In this document: positions 10,174 through 20,652 of the stretch, one piece after another
How positions within the stretch are numbered: the first letter of the stretch is position 1
Layout of the letters: each line of letters begins with the position of its first letter
Assembly (NCBI GenBank): GCA_965204745.1
Contig: OZ242010.1
Location: 1,312,001 to 1,376,000, forward strand
Direction: 5' to 3'
Origin: Candidatus Latescibacterota bacterium
GTDB taxonomy: Bacteria; Latescibacterota; UBA2968
Length of the DNA stretch: 64,000 nt
Position numbers and translations under genes: made by a program
The notes under the pieces: generated by a model
The model's database searches: none
The model's input: the letters and a program-made list of their open reading frames with translations, nothing else
Told to the model about the DNA's origin: nothing

Positions 10174-10845
10174 ATGGCAACGATTCTCCTTTTCGCGGAC
10201 GAAGCCCACGGCGCGCGTCTCAAATCTGACCTCGAGTACATCGGGCATCAGGTCGACCACCTGATCATGCGCGGGCAGAGTAACTTGCCTTCTGTTTCCG
10301 CCAATGGGATTGACCTGACGATCATCGACCCGGAATCCTCGCTCGACCGCCTCGCCCACGCCATCTCGCACCTGCAAAAACACCACTCTGCCAACGCCTG
10401 TCCCTTGCTCGTGGTCACGGACGAAATGACCGCGCTCAACTTGGATTTTTCGGTCGGGATTTCGGATTTTGTCATCAAGCCGTATAGCATGCGCGAATTT
10501 GAAGCGCGCTTGCGCTTGGCCCTTTGGAACGACGACCGCCCCGCGGACAACCAAACGGTAAAAGTCGATGATCTCGTCATCAATATGGCGCGGTATGAAG
10601 TGCGCGTCAAGGGCAGCGTGGTCGAACTCACCCTCAAGGAATACGAACTTCTCAAGCACCTCGCAACGCACGAGGCCCGCGTGTTCACCCGCTCGGACTT
10701 GCTCGACAGCATCTGGGGCTACGACTATTACGGCGGCATGCGGACCGTGGATGTCCACATTCGCCGGTTGCGCTCCAAACTCGGGGAATCGGGCAAAGCC
10801 ATCACCACCGTGCGCGGCGTGGGCTACAAATTCGATCCGCCGTGA
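10174..10845 (+). CDS. OmpR/PhoB-family response regulator, GlnR-like DNA-binding domain, orphan
   Basis: Receiver (FADE, TIID, DFVIKP) plus winged helix LTLKEYELL...WGYDYYGGMRTVDVHIRRLRSKLG...TVRGVGYKF. Confidence 0.9.
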   Translation: MATILLFADEAHGARLKSDLEYIGHQVDHLIMRGQSNLPSVSANGIDLTIIDPESSLDRLAHAISHLQKHHSANACPLLVVTDEMTALNLDFSVGISDFVIKPYSMREFEARLRLALWNDDRPADNQTVKVDDLVINMARYEVRVKGSVVELTLKEYELLKHLATHEARVFTRSDLLDSIWGYDYYGGMRTVDVHIRRLRSKLGESGKAITTVRGVGYKFDPP

Positions 10846-10934
10846 TGTGCAGCTCGCCCACCAGCACGACAAAGCCCCCAAGAGTGCATGGCTCTTGGGG
10901 GTCAGTTTTTGGGGGTCAGTTTGGTATTGTACTA

Positions 10935-11103
10935 GGTCGTGTTGACATTTTATTTTTTGCGCTGAAAGTGGTAGCAAAACAGAGAAATCCGAAGAATCGA
11001 CCTGTCCCAATTTCTTAAACCGAGAGCATATCCTGCGATAGGGCTTGATTTTCCCGATAAACCGCTCAATTCAGTTGCAGTGCTCGTAAATGTCAACACG
11101 ACC
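10935..11103 (-). mobile_element. Internally deleted IS427-group element (MITE, 169 bp)
   Basis: TA|GGTCGTGTTGACATTT ... AAATGTCAACACGACC|TA; minus strand retains transposase C-terminus IERFIGKIKPYRRICSRFKKL. Confidence 0.85.
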
Positions 11104-11119
11104 TACTGACCACCTTTGC

Positions 11120-12394
11120 CTATAAAGCACTGTGCCATGCATTGAGGCGGGTGAGGAGGGCGTTGGTCAACTCGGGTTCGTCGCCTGCGATGTTGGTGGT
11201 TTCGTTGGGGTCCGCATCGAGATTGGAGAGGTGAATTTCGTTTTTGTCGAGCAGGAGTTTGTAGCGGTTGTGCTGAATGGCGCGGGTTTCGCCTCGTTGT
11301 CCGCGCGTCCAAAAAAGGTCGGCGTCGGCGTGCGGCGAGGGCGCGTCGTCAGCGATCATGGGCAGAATGTCCGTGCCGTCGAGGCGATAGGTTGCCGGGT
11401 CCCCACCTGCGGCGGTGAGGATGGTGGGGAAGATGTCCATGCCAATGCCGACTTCGTCGATGGTCTTGCCACCTTGAACGCGGGCGGGCCAACTCATCAG
11501 GGTGGGAACGCGGATGCCGCCTTCCCAAAGCGTGCCTTTGTGCCCGCGCAGGCCGCCTGTGTCGCCGCCGGGAAAGGGGAGATCGGTGCCGTCTGTCCAG
11601 TTGCGCGGTTCGCGTGAAGGGCCGTGGTCGGGTTGAAAAAAGATGCAGGTGTTGTCGAAGAGGGCTAAGCGTTCGAGTTCGTCGAGGATTTTGCCGATGG
11701 CGTCGTCCATCACCGCGAGCATGGCGGCCATGAGTTGCCGCGAGCGCGACAAGTGGGCAAAGCGTTCCATGTACGCTTCGGGCGCGTGCATGGGATAGTG
11801 GGGCGTATTAAAGGGGATGTACATGAAAAACGGACGGCCATCGCGGTTGGCTTTCCGAATGTATTCAATGGCTTTGTCGCGCATGAGATCGACGAAATAC
11901 TCGCCGTTGCGATACGCTTCCCGGCCATTTTCCCAAAGGTCGTGACGCGCTTGTCGCCCCGAGCTCAGTGCCCAATAGAACGTGTGGGAATAGTAGTCGA
12001 TACACCCGTTTGTGAACCCAAACCAATGGTCAAAGCCGTGGTTGTGCGGCAAAAAAGGCTCGCGGTTGCCCAAGTGCCATTTGCCCGACATGTAGGTCTG
12101 ATAGCCCAATTTTTTGAGCGCGCTGGGAATGGTGGGCAAATCCGGCGACAGGCCATCGGCATCGATGCCCACGTTGCCGGGAATGCCCGCGGCAATGGGA
12201 TAACGCCCGGTGAGAATGCCGCATCGCCCGGCCGAGCAGATCGGCGCGTTGGAATACCAGCGGGTGAGTTTGACGCCCCGCGTAGCGATGCGGTCAAAAT
12301 GGGGCGTTTGAAAATCGGTGGCCCCCATGCATGAGAGATCGCGGTGCCCGTGGTCGTCACTCATAAAGACGATGAAGTTGGGTTTGTCGGACAT
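11120..12394 (-). CDS. Sulfatase (arylsulfatase A-like)
   Basis: KPNFIVFMSDD, CSAGRCGILTG, GKWHLG, PHYP, GHKGTLWEGGIRVP, DPNETTNI. Confidence 0.92.
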   Translation of the reverse strand: MSDKPNFIVFMSDDHGHRDLSCMGATDFQTPHFDRIATRGVKLTRWYSNAPICSAGRCGILTGRYPIAAGIPGNVGIDADGLSPDLPTIPSALKKLGYQTYMSGKWHLGNREPFLPHNHGFDHWFGFTNGCIDYYSHTFYWALSSGRQARHDLWENGREAYRNGEYFVDLMRDKAIEYIRKANRDGRPFFMYIPFNTPHYPMHAPEAYMERFAHLSRSRQLMAAMLAVMDDAIGKILDELERLALFDNTCIFFQPDHGPSREPRNWTDGTDLPFPGGDTGGLRGHKGTLWEGGIRVPTLMSWPARVQGGKTIDEVGIGMDIFPTILTAAGGDPATYRLDGTDILPMIADDAPSPHADADLFWTRGQRGETRAIQHNRYKLLLDKNEIHLSNLDADPNETTNIAGDEPELTNALLTRLNAWHSAL

Positions 12395-12433
12395 GGGCGT
12401 TCCTTTCTTCTGGCGAGTACTGACCACTGACTA

Positions 12434-13020
12434 GGTCGTGTTGACATTTTATTTTTTGACCTGACATTACGCACAGATTAGCAACTGTGTTGCTTGCTGC
12501 TTTAAGGCGTTTGGTCCTACAGCCTCGTTGGTTGCCTCCGATGCCTTCGGCGACCTACTTTTTTCAACAGCAAAAAAAAGTAGGCGAGCGGGGTACAACT
12601 GCCCCAGCAGTTCAAAAATGCCGCTCTCAAACGCCGAGAGGCTTGCACAGCGCAAAGCGCTTTTGTAACAGCACGACATGCGTCAGCCTGCAAAGTGGGT
12701 TGCAACATGGATGTTGGTTGCGAGACGGACTTGCGCGCTGTGCGTGATGGCTTTATCCGAGGGGGTTTTGCGAGGGCATAAAGCGATTAAATATCCCCCA
12801 TCAATCCCCTCGCAAAACCGCTCACAGTTCCCCCTTCCTCACAGGAAGAGTTCTGGTTGCTCTGATGGCGTTTTGCGAGGGCATAAAGCGATTAAATATC
12901 CCCCATCAATCCCCTCGCAAAACCGCTCACAGTTCCCCCCTTCCTCGCAGGAAGGGGGGTTAGGGGGGTAGGTCCCGATAAGAAGCGACTGTTCTAGTTT
13001 CTCAAAATGTCAACACAACC
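12434..13020 (-). mobile_element. IS427-derived composite MITE (587 bp)
   Basis: TA|GGTCGTGTTGACATTTT ... AAAATGTCAACACAACC|TA; internal ~70-bp duplication (~12770 and ~12876) and hairpins. Confidence 0.8.
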
Positions 13021-13045
13021 TACTGCACTTGGTGGTTGAGGCCAT

Positions 13046-13453
13046 CTATTCATCTGCGGTTGCTTCCAAATCGAGCGCGACGGAGTTGATGCAATAGCGC
13101 AGGCCCGTAGGAGCCGGGCCGTCGTCGAAGATGTGCCCCAAGTGGGCGTCGCAACGGGCGCAGGTGACTTCAATGCGGCGCATGCCAAAACTCAGGTCTT
13201 CGTGCTGGTTGATGCGAGTGGGGTCAATGGCGTCAAAGAAGCTGGGCCAGCCGCAGTGCGAGTCGAATTTTTGGTCCGAGCGAAAGAGTTCCGCCTGGCA
13301 ACACACGCAGCGGTACACGCCTTTGTCTCGGCAGTCCCAATACATGCCGGTGAAGGCGCGTTCCGTGCCCTTTTGACGGCAGACATAGTACTGTTCGGGC
13401 GTGAGTTGGGCGCGCCATTCCGCGTCTGCTTTGGTGATTTTTTCGTCTGACAT
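13046..13453 (-). CDS. msrB: Peptide-methionine (R)-S-oxide reductase
   Basis: [30 protein letters not shown]. Confidence 0.95.
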   Translation of the reverse strand: MSDEKITKADAEWRAQLTPEQYYVCRQKGTERAFTGMYWDCRDKGVYRCVCCQAELFRSDQKFDSHCGWPSFFDAIDPTRINQHEDLSFGMRRIEVTCARCDAHLGHIFDDGPAPTGLRYCINSVALDLEATADE

Positions 13454-13575
13454 GGTCATCCTTTCGTTTCGCGTTGCGAGAACATTTTGTTGCTGGAGTG
13501 CGATGGGGCCGGGCGCGTGAATGTGGGTTTGACATAGCGGTTGTGCGCCGGGTCTTGAACGACAGGTCTGGATGT

Positions 13576-14232
13576 TCAATTTTCATCTAAAATCGGATAC
13601 CCTGTCAACTGCGTCGCCTCAATCCATCCTTCGAGACGTGCGGTTTTGACTTTTTTTACCCATAGATACCGGGGTTCCGATAAAAAATCAAAGCAATCTT
13701 GGGAGAGTACGGCAAAGTGTTTGCCCAACTTGATCAAGTGGTACCCTTCCCCTAAATAGCGATAGAGGAGAGCCTCGGTTCCAACTTTCAAACTATCGCG
13801 TGCGTCGGCATCGAGCTTCTCTATCATTTTCAGCGTCCTCGCATCAGACAGGTCAAATTTTCGATGATAATATTCCCAGACACGCACCAATTCTCCTGTT
13901 TTGTTAAACAAATAAAAATCGAGATCTTGTGGTGGCTTTTTGACTTTTAGGCGTCCAAAGTTGTAGAGCATCAAAACAGAATCGAGAACCTCAATATCAT
14001 CGGTGGCATAAACAGTCCCAACCTCACTTTTTAGGCAAGAATCTCGATAAGCAGACACCGAATCAGTTTTGATGGCCAGGCGCCATTTTCCGCTTGTGGA
14101 GACGATCTCAACCTCCCGCTCAATGAGAATGACCTTATCTTCAGAACTTGATACACAGCCAAAAAAAATCAGAAAAAAACAAACAAAATTTCGCAGGAGC
14201 AGTGTCGATTTCACGGGCACAAAATATTTCAT
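13576..14232 (-). CDS. Hypothetical (probable lipo)protein, AT-rich
   Basis: 218-aa ORF, hydrophobic N-terminus ending IFFGC; AT-rich codon usage unlike neighbours. Confidence 0.6.
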   Translation of the reverse strand: MKYFVPVKSTLLLRNFVCFFLIFFGCVSSSEDKVILIEREVEIVSTSGKWRLAIKTDSVSAYRDSCLKSEVGTVYATDDIEVLDSVLMLYNFGRLKVKKPPQDLDFYLFNKTGELVRVWEYYHRKFDLSDARTLKMIEKLDADARDSLKVGTEALLYRYLGEGYHLIKLGKHFAVLSQDCFDFLSEPRYLWVKKVKTARLEGWIEATQLTGYPILDEN

Positions 14233-14409
14233 GTCTATTTCCCTTTCGTTCGCAAAAGAGCGGGATAGCCAAAACGACTGAGCGACACCGCGTCGCGGTC
14301 AACCGTTGATTATGGACTCAAAAACCCATCATTATACCAATTTGATTTTTAGTTGTCCTAATTTTTAGTACACGACAAAAGCGCGCACAGGCGTAGCTTA
14401 CAACATAGC

Positions 14410-14494
14410 GTAGGGACAGGCCCCGTGCCTGTCCGAAGCAGGGACTCGTTGAAGTGTCCTACGTATATAGGACAACAACAATTCAATTTGGTAT
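14410..14494 (+). repeat. GTAG-REP hairpin with conserved AT-rich extension (copy 1)
   Basis: GTAGGGACAGGCCCCGTGCCTGTCC-GAAGCAG...GTATATAGGACAACAACAATTCAATT; second copy at 28669-28740. Confidence 0.7.
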
Positions 14495-14546
14495 TATATT
14501 GTCGCATCTTGCCTCACATCGTCCCGATTACCGGCACCTTTATCCC

Positions 14547-16523
14547 ATGGCACTTTCGCAATCACAATCCGAACCCGTGCGTCCTCGACGCATTACTGTC
14601 CGATCCGTTCTCCTCGGCGCGGGGACCGCTGCATGGCTCAATATTTACAGCGACTACACGGGCATGATACTGGGTTCTGCCTCGCTGGTCAAATCGCAGT
14701 TGTCCATGGCCATGCTCTTGCCCTTTGTCGCGTGGTTGGCGGTCAACCTCGTGCTCAAGCTCGCCTGGCCGCGCATGGCCTTGTCCAGCGCAGAGTTGTT
14801 GGTCATTTACAGCATGTCGTGGATCGTGGGCACGGTCTCGGCGAGTGGGTGGACGACTTACTGGGGCGGCGTTGTCAGCACCCCGTTTTACTACGCGTCG
14901 CCGGAAAACCGATGGGAAGAAATCCTCTTTGATATTTTGCCCTGGTGGTGTTTGCCCCAGGCGACGCCCGAGATTATTCGCACGTACTACGAGGGCCTGC
15001 CCGATGGCGCGGGCATTCCTTGGCGCGGATGGCTGGCGTCTTTGCACTGGTGGTTTGCGGTGTCCATTGCCTTGGTGGTCGCGGGATTGTGCCTCGCGGT
15101 CATTTTTCAAAAACAATGGGAGGAAAACGAGCGGCTGACCTTTCCGCTCGCCGCGTTTCCCATCGCGCTGACCGAGGGCTTTGACGAACCCGGCCGCGTC
15201 CTGCCCGGGATTTTTTGCAACAAGCTCTTTTGGGCGGGCTTCTGCATCGTGTTCGGGGTGTTTGCGTGGAACATTCTCGGGTATTTCGCCATCAGCTTGC
15301 CGCGCATCGGCATTTACGACGGGTATCTGACCAAAGAAGTGCCTATCGCGCGCGACTTTCCATCGTTCTACTTGCGTATCTTGCCGCCCGTCGTGGGCTT
15401 GACCTACTTGTGCAATCTCGACATTCTCTTCAGTTTCTGGGCGTTTCGCCTCATCGCCATTGTCAAAGAAGGGGCGATGTCCCGCACGGGCTTTCACGTC
15501 GGGCTTTCCGGGCAACAGGCCGAGGCGGGTGAAATCCTCATTTTGGAATCCCACGGCGCGTTTCTCTTTCTCGCACTGTGGGCGATTTGGGTCGCGCGCG
15601 GGCATTTGCGGCATGTGCTCCGCGTCGCCATCACGGGCCGCGGGGATGACGGCCTCATCGCCTATCGCTTTGCCGCGCTCGGCTTTCTCGCGGCAACCCT
15701 CTTTGTTTGGGGCTGGTTCGTCGCCGTGGGCCTGTCGCCGGTTCTCGCGATCTTCCACTTGTTTTTGCTCTACGCCGCCTATTTCACCATTGCCAAATAC
15801 ACCGCGGCCAGCGGCTTTTCCTATCTTTTTCCGGTGGGCGGCAAAGGAGGCCAGATCGTGGAAATTTTTACGGGAACGGCAACGCTGACACAAAAAAACG
15901 CGGTTGCACTGGGCGTTATCAATTCCAGCGCGTTTTTTGGCAATTCGCGCATTCCCGCGTGGCCCGCCTTGCCCCATCATCTCAAACTCTTGGGCGATGA
16001 CTTTCGCCGCCGCTGGGTTTTCTGGATCGTCCTTCTGGCCTTTGCCGCGGGGTTCTTCGGCTCGTGCCTGTTCATTATCCAGTTGGGCTATCATTACGCG
16101 GGCCAAAACCTCGGCTTGTCGGGTTTTAGCGGCGCGAATATCCGCACGTACGACCGCATGGTTTCCGCCATTGTGGGCGCGGACAAAACGGTTTTTGACC
16201 CCGGCAAAATCGCGGTCTGGGTTTTTGGGCTCGCGCAAGCCGGCCTGCTGATGCTCCTCCGCAATCGCGTTCCGTGGTGGCCCCTGCACCCGCTCGGCTT
16301 GGCATTTCAGCGCATGCAAGGCTCTCGCATCTATGCGTTCAGCATTTTTCTCACCTGGGCGTCCAAACTCGTTATTTTGCGAATGGGCGGCATCGCGCTC
16401 TACCGGCGGTGCGTCCCGTTGTTCTTTGGCTTGGTGATCGGCTACGTGGTCGGCGTGGGCGTTTCCTCGCTCGTCGATTTTACCTTTTTCCCGGAAGAGG
16501 GCCATTCCGTTCACGGGTGGTAA
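14547..16523 (+). CDS. Multi-pass membrane protein, DUF6785/DUF6784-like
   Basis: YYASPENRW, KQWEENERLTFPL, WWPLHPLG motifs; many TM segments. Confidence 0.75.
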   Translation: MALSQSQSEPVRPRRITVRSVLLGAGTAAWLNIYSDYTGMILGSASLVKSQLSMAMLLPFVAWLAVNLVLKLAWPRMALSSAELLVIYSMSWIVGTVSASGWTTYWGGVVSTPFYYASPENRWEEILFDILPWWCLPQATPEIIRTYYEGLPDGAGIPWRGWLASLHWWFAVSIALVVAGLCLAVIFQKQWEENERLTFPLAAFPIALTEGFDEPGRVLPGIFCNKLFWAGFCIVFGVFAWNILGYFAISLPRIGIYDGYLTKEVPIARDFPSFYLRILPPVVGLTYLCNLDILFSFWAFRLIAIVKEGAMSRTGFHVGLSGQQAEAGEILILESHGAFLFLALWAIWVARGHLRHVLRVAITGRGDDGLIAYRFAALGFLAATLFVWGWFVAVGLSPVLAIFHLFLLYAAYFTIAKYTAASGFSYLFPVGGKGGQIVEIFTGTATLTQKNAVALGVINSSAFFGNSRIPAWPALPHHLKLLGDDFRRRWVFWIVLLAFAAGFFGSCLFIIQLGYHYAGQNLGLSGFSGANIRTYDRMVSAIVGADKTVFDPGKIAVWVFGLAQAGLLMLLRNRVPWWPLHPLGLAFQRMQGSRIYAFSIFLTWASKLVILRMGGIALYRRCVPLFFGLVIGYVVGVGVSSLVDFTFFPEEGHSVHGW

Positions 16524-17682
16524 AGCTGCGTTTTGAGAACTCGGGCAAGCGCGTTTGGGGATCGATGCGGAGGGCGCGTTCGCCATTTAAGAGCGCGATC
16601 AAATCCGCGCCCACAAATTCGTATCGCCAACCGGTGTGCAATGGATGCGCGGTTTCGCTTTTTGACTCGTAAACGAGCGCTTTCACGTCTGCACGCGATG
16701 CCACCATTGCGATGTCGATTCCCCGCGACAAACACCGACCGCGCAAAAATGCCAGGGCGAGATCGAGCCGCGCTTCGTCCACCGGATTGGGCGGTGTAGG
16801 CCGCGCGATAGGCGGGTGATTTTGGATGTCTATCGCGCGCCGCACGATCTCCAAAAGGATTCTGCCGTGGTACTTTGCGGTCGATCTCCCAATGCCCCGC
16901 AATTTTTTTAATGCCTGAATCGATTGGGGCTTGCGCTTGGCGATTTGCACGATCACCTCATCCCTCAGCACGCGGTTTTTGGGGCGGTCGATCTGGCGCG
17001 CTTTTTGTTCTCGCCATGTCGCCAGATCGCGCACGATGCCCATCTCGCGCCTCGAAAGCCGGCTCGCGCCTTTTACGCGCAGATACTGCTCTTCGGGCAC
17101 GCGGTCGTCATACAAGTTGGCACAATCGTATTGTCGGAGTTCGTCCGCCAAATAGGTTTCCCGACCGCGTTGCCGAATTTCGGCGAGGAGGTGGTCGCGT
17201 AGCGCGGGCAAGAATCGCACGTCATCCGCAGCATAAGCGCGCTGTTTTTCGGATAGGGGGCGTCTCAACCAGTCCGTGCGCGTCTCGGTTTTGGTCAACT
17301 GAATATCGAGACAGAGCCGCAACGAGTTGTTCAGGGACAGGGTCGATCCCATACCCACAAACCCCGCGGCGCGGCGCGTGTCGAAGACGTTGCGGGGCAC
17401 AGCGCCTGTTGCCCGTCTTAAAATCCAGAGGTCTTGCTGTGCGTCGTGCAGAATTTTCACCGTGCCGCAATCGGCTAGCAACGCGCCCAACGGAGACAGA
17501 TCGGGCAATGCGACCGCATCGATCAAGTGGCTATCGTCCGCGGCAAATCCCACTTGCACGATGCCCAACTGCGGGTAATAGGTTTGCTCCCAAACAAATT
17601 CCGTGTCGATGCCCACACAGGGCGCGTCCAAGGCGCAGTTGACCAGGGCGTTCAGCGCGGCGGGCGTATCGATCATCGCCAT
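16480..17682 (-). CDS. rnd: Ribonuclease D (DEDDy exonuclease + HRDC)
   Basis: GIDTEF, LHDAQQD, TDWLRRPLS, YAADDV, WREQKARQID. Confidence 0.9.
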   Translation of the reverse strand: MAMIDTPAALNALVNCALDAPCVGIDTEFVWEQTYYPQLGIVQVGFAADDSHLIDAVALPDLSPLGALLADCGTVKILHDAQQDLWILRRATGAVPRNVFDTRRAAGFVGMGSTLSLNNSLRLCLDIQLTKTETRTDWLRRPLSEKQRAYAADDVRFLPALRDHLLAEIRQRGRETYLADELRQYDCANLYDDRVPEEQYLRVKGASRLSRREMGIVRDLATWREQKARQIDRPKNRVLRDEVIVQIAKRKPQSIQALKKLRGIGRSTAKYHGRILLEIVRRAIDIQNHPPIARPTPPNPVDEARLDLALAFLRGRCLSRGIDIAMVASRADVKALVYESKSETAHPLHTGWRYEFVGADLIALLNGERALRIDPQTRLPEFSKRSFTTRERNGPLPGKR

Positions 17683-17814
17683 AAAAAACCTTTCTGTTTG
17701 ATTTCGGGTTGTCCGTGTCCTAACTTCCATCTGGTATCGGCTGGGACTTCAGAACTTATGGCATCCCACATCGAAAATCAAGCATCGAAGTTTCCCACAT
17801 TTCAAGGAGGAATC

Positions 17815-18708
17815 ATGAACTATCGACAACTCGGCAAAAACGGCCCGGAGGTGCCGGTCATCGGCTTGGGCGCGTGGCCCATTGGCGGCGGGATGGGCGA
17901 CTTGGACGAGAGCACTTGCATCGCCACTGTGCGCACGGCTATCGACAGCGGCATTACCCTGCTCGACACGGCCCAAGCCTATCGCACGAGCGAAGCCACA
18001 TTGGGCAGGGCACTCAAAGACGGCTATCGCGAGCGGTGCTTTCTCGCCACAAAAGTCAGCCGCCACTATTCGCGCAAAGCCATTGACCGCGCCATTGAAA
18101 ACAGCTTGCGCGCACTCGATGTCGATTGCGTTGACCTGTATCAGATTCACAGTTGGAACGCGCAATATCCCATTGCGGAGAGCATGGAAGCGATGGCGCG
18201 GTTGCAAGAACAGGGCAAAACGCGCTTTATCGGGGTGTCCAATTTCAATGCTGTGCAACTGCAACAGGCGTACGACATTGCCCCGTTTCACGCTAACCAG
18301 CCGCGCTACAACATGTTTGACCGCGCCATCGAAGCCGAAGACTTGGGCTTTTGCAACCGCACGGGCATTGGCATCTTGGCCCACAGCCCTTTGGGCAAAG
18401 GCTTGCTCACGGGCAAATACGCGCCCGACCACGTCTTTGCCCCAGGCGATGAACGGGCGCGTTCCCCTCGGTTCCAAGGCGACCTCTTCGCGCAGTATCT
18501 CGCCATGGCAGACCGGTTGCAGGCTGTCGCCGCAGACAAAAATATCACGCTGGTGCAACTCGCCATCGCTTGGCTTTTGCGCCGCGAAGAAGTGACGTGC
18601 GTGCTCGTCGGCGCGAAAAATCCCGACCAAGTCGAGGAACACGTCGGCGCGGCAGACGTCGCATTCTCGGACAGGGAATTGGAACGGATCGAGGATATTT
18701 TGCGATAG
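17815..18708 (+). CDS. Aldo/keto reductase
   Basis: GLGAW, DTAQAY, ATKV, DLYQIH, IGVSNF, SPLGKGLLTG; AGGAGG RBS. Confidence 0.93.
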   Translation: MNYRQLGKNGPEVPVIGLGAWPIGGGMGDLDESTCIATVRTAIDSGITLLDTAQAYRTSEATLGRALKDGYRERCFLATKVSRHYSRKAIDRAIENSLRALDVDCVDLYQIHSWNAQYPIAESMEAMARLQEQGKTRFIGVSNFNAVQLQQAYDIAPFHANQPRYNMFDRAIEAEDLGFCNRTGIGILAHSPLGKGLLTGKYAPDHVFAPGDERARSPRFQGDLFAQYLAMADRLQAVAADKNITLVQLAIAWLLRREEVTCVLVGAKNPDQVEEHVGAADVAFSDRELERIEDILR

Positions 18709-18838
18709 GCGGAAAGCAAGGTGCGTGCCTCGCCGCCCTACCGCAAGCCCTATCCCCAAGTAAGAGGCAAGAAGTAAGAGGCGAGAGCCACCCACCGCCC
18801 TACCGCCGCTTCGTCCTTCCCATCCGCTACATCCTTCG

Positions 18839-18866
18839 GTAGGGACAGGCCCCCGTGCCTGTCCCT
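18839..18866 (+). repeat. GTAG-type REP-like hairpin
   Basis: GTAGGGACAGGCCCCCGTGCCTGTCCCT, 10-bp stem. Confidence 0.65.
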
Positions 18867-18901
18867 AGTTAACCAGCAGATTCGCCGACAGGAGATCGCC
18901 C

Positions 18902-20380
18902 ATGATCCTCAGCATCGATCAGGGAACGACCGGAACCACCGCATTGGTTTTGGATTCACAGGGAAAAATTTTGGGCAGGGGATACGCGGAATTTCGACAG
19001 ATTTTTCCCCGCCCCGGGTGGGTGTCGCACGATGCGATAGAGATATGGGACACGGCGTTGAACGTCATCGGCCGGGCTATCGCCGATGCCGGGATAGACG
19101 CGACGGACATCCAGGGCATCGGCATTGCGAATCAGCGCGAGACAACGGTGATGTGGTATCGCAAAACCGGCATCCCCGTTCACGACGCCATCGTTTGGCA
19201 GTGCAGGCGCACCGCGGATTTGTGTGCCCAGTACCGCGCAACTGGACTCGAAGACGTGGTGCGAGAGAAAACCGGATTGGTCATTGACGCCTATTTTTCC
19301 GCGAGCAAAATCGCGTGGTTGCTCGAGCAGGTGGATGGCTTGCGTGCGCGTGCGGACCGGGGCGAGGTGTGTTTTGGCACGGTGGACAGTTTTTTGTTGT
19401 ACAAACTCACGGGTGGGGCCGTCCACGCCACGGACTATACCAACGCGTCGCGCACGATGATTTACGATATCCACGCCAAAGAATGGGATGCCGAATTATT
19501 GCGTCTCTTCGACATCCCCGCGGCGATCCTCCCCGAGGCGCGCCCGTCGTCTGGCGTATTTGGAAGCACAGTGGATTTGGGCGTCTTGCCCGCGGGCATT
19601 CCCATTGGCGGCATGGCGGGCGATCAACAAGCCGCGCTCTTTGGGCATCGCGGCGTTCGCACAGGCGATCTCAAAAACACCTACGGCACGGGTTGTTTCA
19701 TGCTCTTTCAAACCGGGAATACGCCCGTGCCCTCGTCGCATGGCCTGTTGACGACGCTCGCGTGCGACCCGTGCGGGGGCGTGTGCTATGCCCTTGAAGG
19801 CGCGGTATTCAGCGCGGGGTCAGCGGTTCAGTGGTTGCGCGATGGCCTTGGGATGATCAAAACCGCGGCTGAAACCGAGGCGATGGCGCGTTCCATTGAC
19901 GATACCGGCGGCGTGTATTTCGTCCCGGCATTTACGGGCCTGGGCGCGCCGCATTGGAACGCGGATGCTCGCGGCACAATCGCGGGGATCACGCGCGGTA
20001 CCCAACGCGCCCATCTCGCACGCGCAGCCTTGGAGGCCATTGCCTATCAATCCGCGGACCTCGCGGTTGCGATGGTCGCCGATGCCGCGCAACCCATCGC
20101 GGGTCTAAGCGTGGATGGCGGCGCGGTGGCGAATGATTTTTTGATGCAATTTCAAGCGGATATTTTGAACGTGCCGGTGATGCGCCCGCAATGCGTGGAG
20201 ACCACCGCCTTGGGCGCGGGCATGCTGGCCGGACTGGCAATAGGCGTGTGGACGGATTCGGACGCGCTCGTCGATATCAACGCGCCACAGCGGATTTTTG
20301 AACCCGAGATGTCCCGCGACCGACGAGACGCCTTGCTGGCGGGTTGGCACAAGGCGGTTGAGCAGACCTCGTTGACATGA
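18902..20380 (+). CDS. glpK: Glycerol kinase
   Basis: IDQGTTGT, NQRETT, WQCRRT, YFSASK, GDQQAALFG, KNTYGTGCF, VDGG. Confidence 0.96.
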   Translation: MILSIDQGTTGTTALVLDSQGKILGRGYAEFRQIFPRPGWVSHDAIEIWDTALNVIGRAIADAGIDATDIQGIGIANQRETTVMWYRKTGIPVHDAIVWQCRRTADLCAQYRATGLEDVVREKTGLVIDAYFSASKIAWLLEQVDGLRARADRGEVCFGTVDSFLLYKLTGGAVHATDYTNASRTMIYDIHAKEWDAELLRLFDIPAAILPEARPSSGVFGSTVDLGVLPAGIPIGGMAGDQQAALFGHRGVRTGDLKNTYGTGCFMLFQTGNTPVPSSHGLLTTLACDPCGGVCYALEGAVFSAGSAVQWLRDGLGMIKTAAETEAMARSIDDTGGVYFVPAFTGLGAPHWNADARGTIAGITRGTQRAHLARAALEAIAYQSADLAVAMVADAAQPIAGLSVDGGAVANDFLMQFQADILNVPVMRPQCVETTALGAGMLAGLAIGVWTDSDALVDINAPQRIFEPEMSRDRRDALLAGWHKAVEQTSLT

Positions 20381-20442
20381 TCTCTTGATTCCGCGTATAT
20401 TCACCGCAGATGATCCATTCGCCAAGTGCTCGGAGAAATGCC

Positions 20443-20652
20443 ATGGGCAAAACGATCAGCCGCACGCCGGATGGGAAGTTGGAAAGGCGCACGCCCGATG
20501 AACTGTTGCGCGATGCTGTGGCAGGTGATATGGACTTGCCCGGCAAGGGCAAAGCGCTCGACTTAAAGGCGTATTTCCAACCCGACGCGGAACACCGCAT
20601 GGCGGGCAAAATTATGCGCGACAACAACGTGCTTCCCCCGCAACTTGGTTGA
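20443..20652 (+). pseudogene. DUF1992 (DnaJ-related) domain protein, apparently truncated by an IS remnant
   Basis: DLPGKGKALDL...RMAGKIMRDNNVLPP followed by a stop inside the IS427-derived sequence. Confidence 0.65.
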
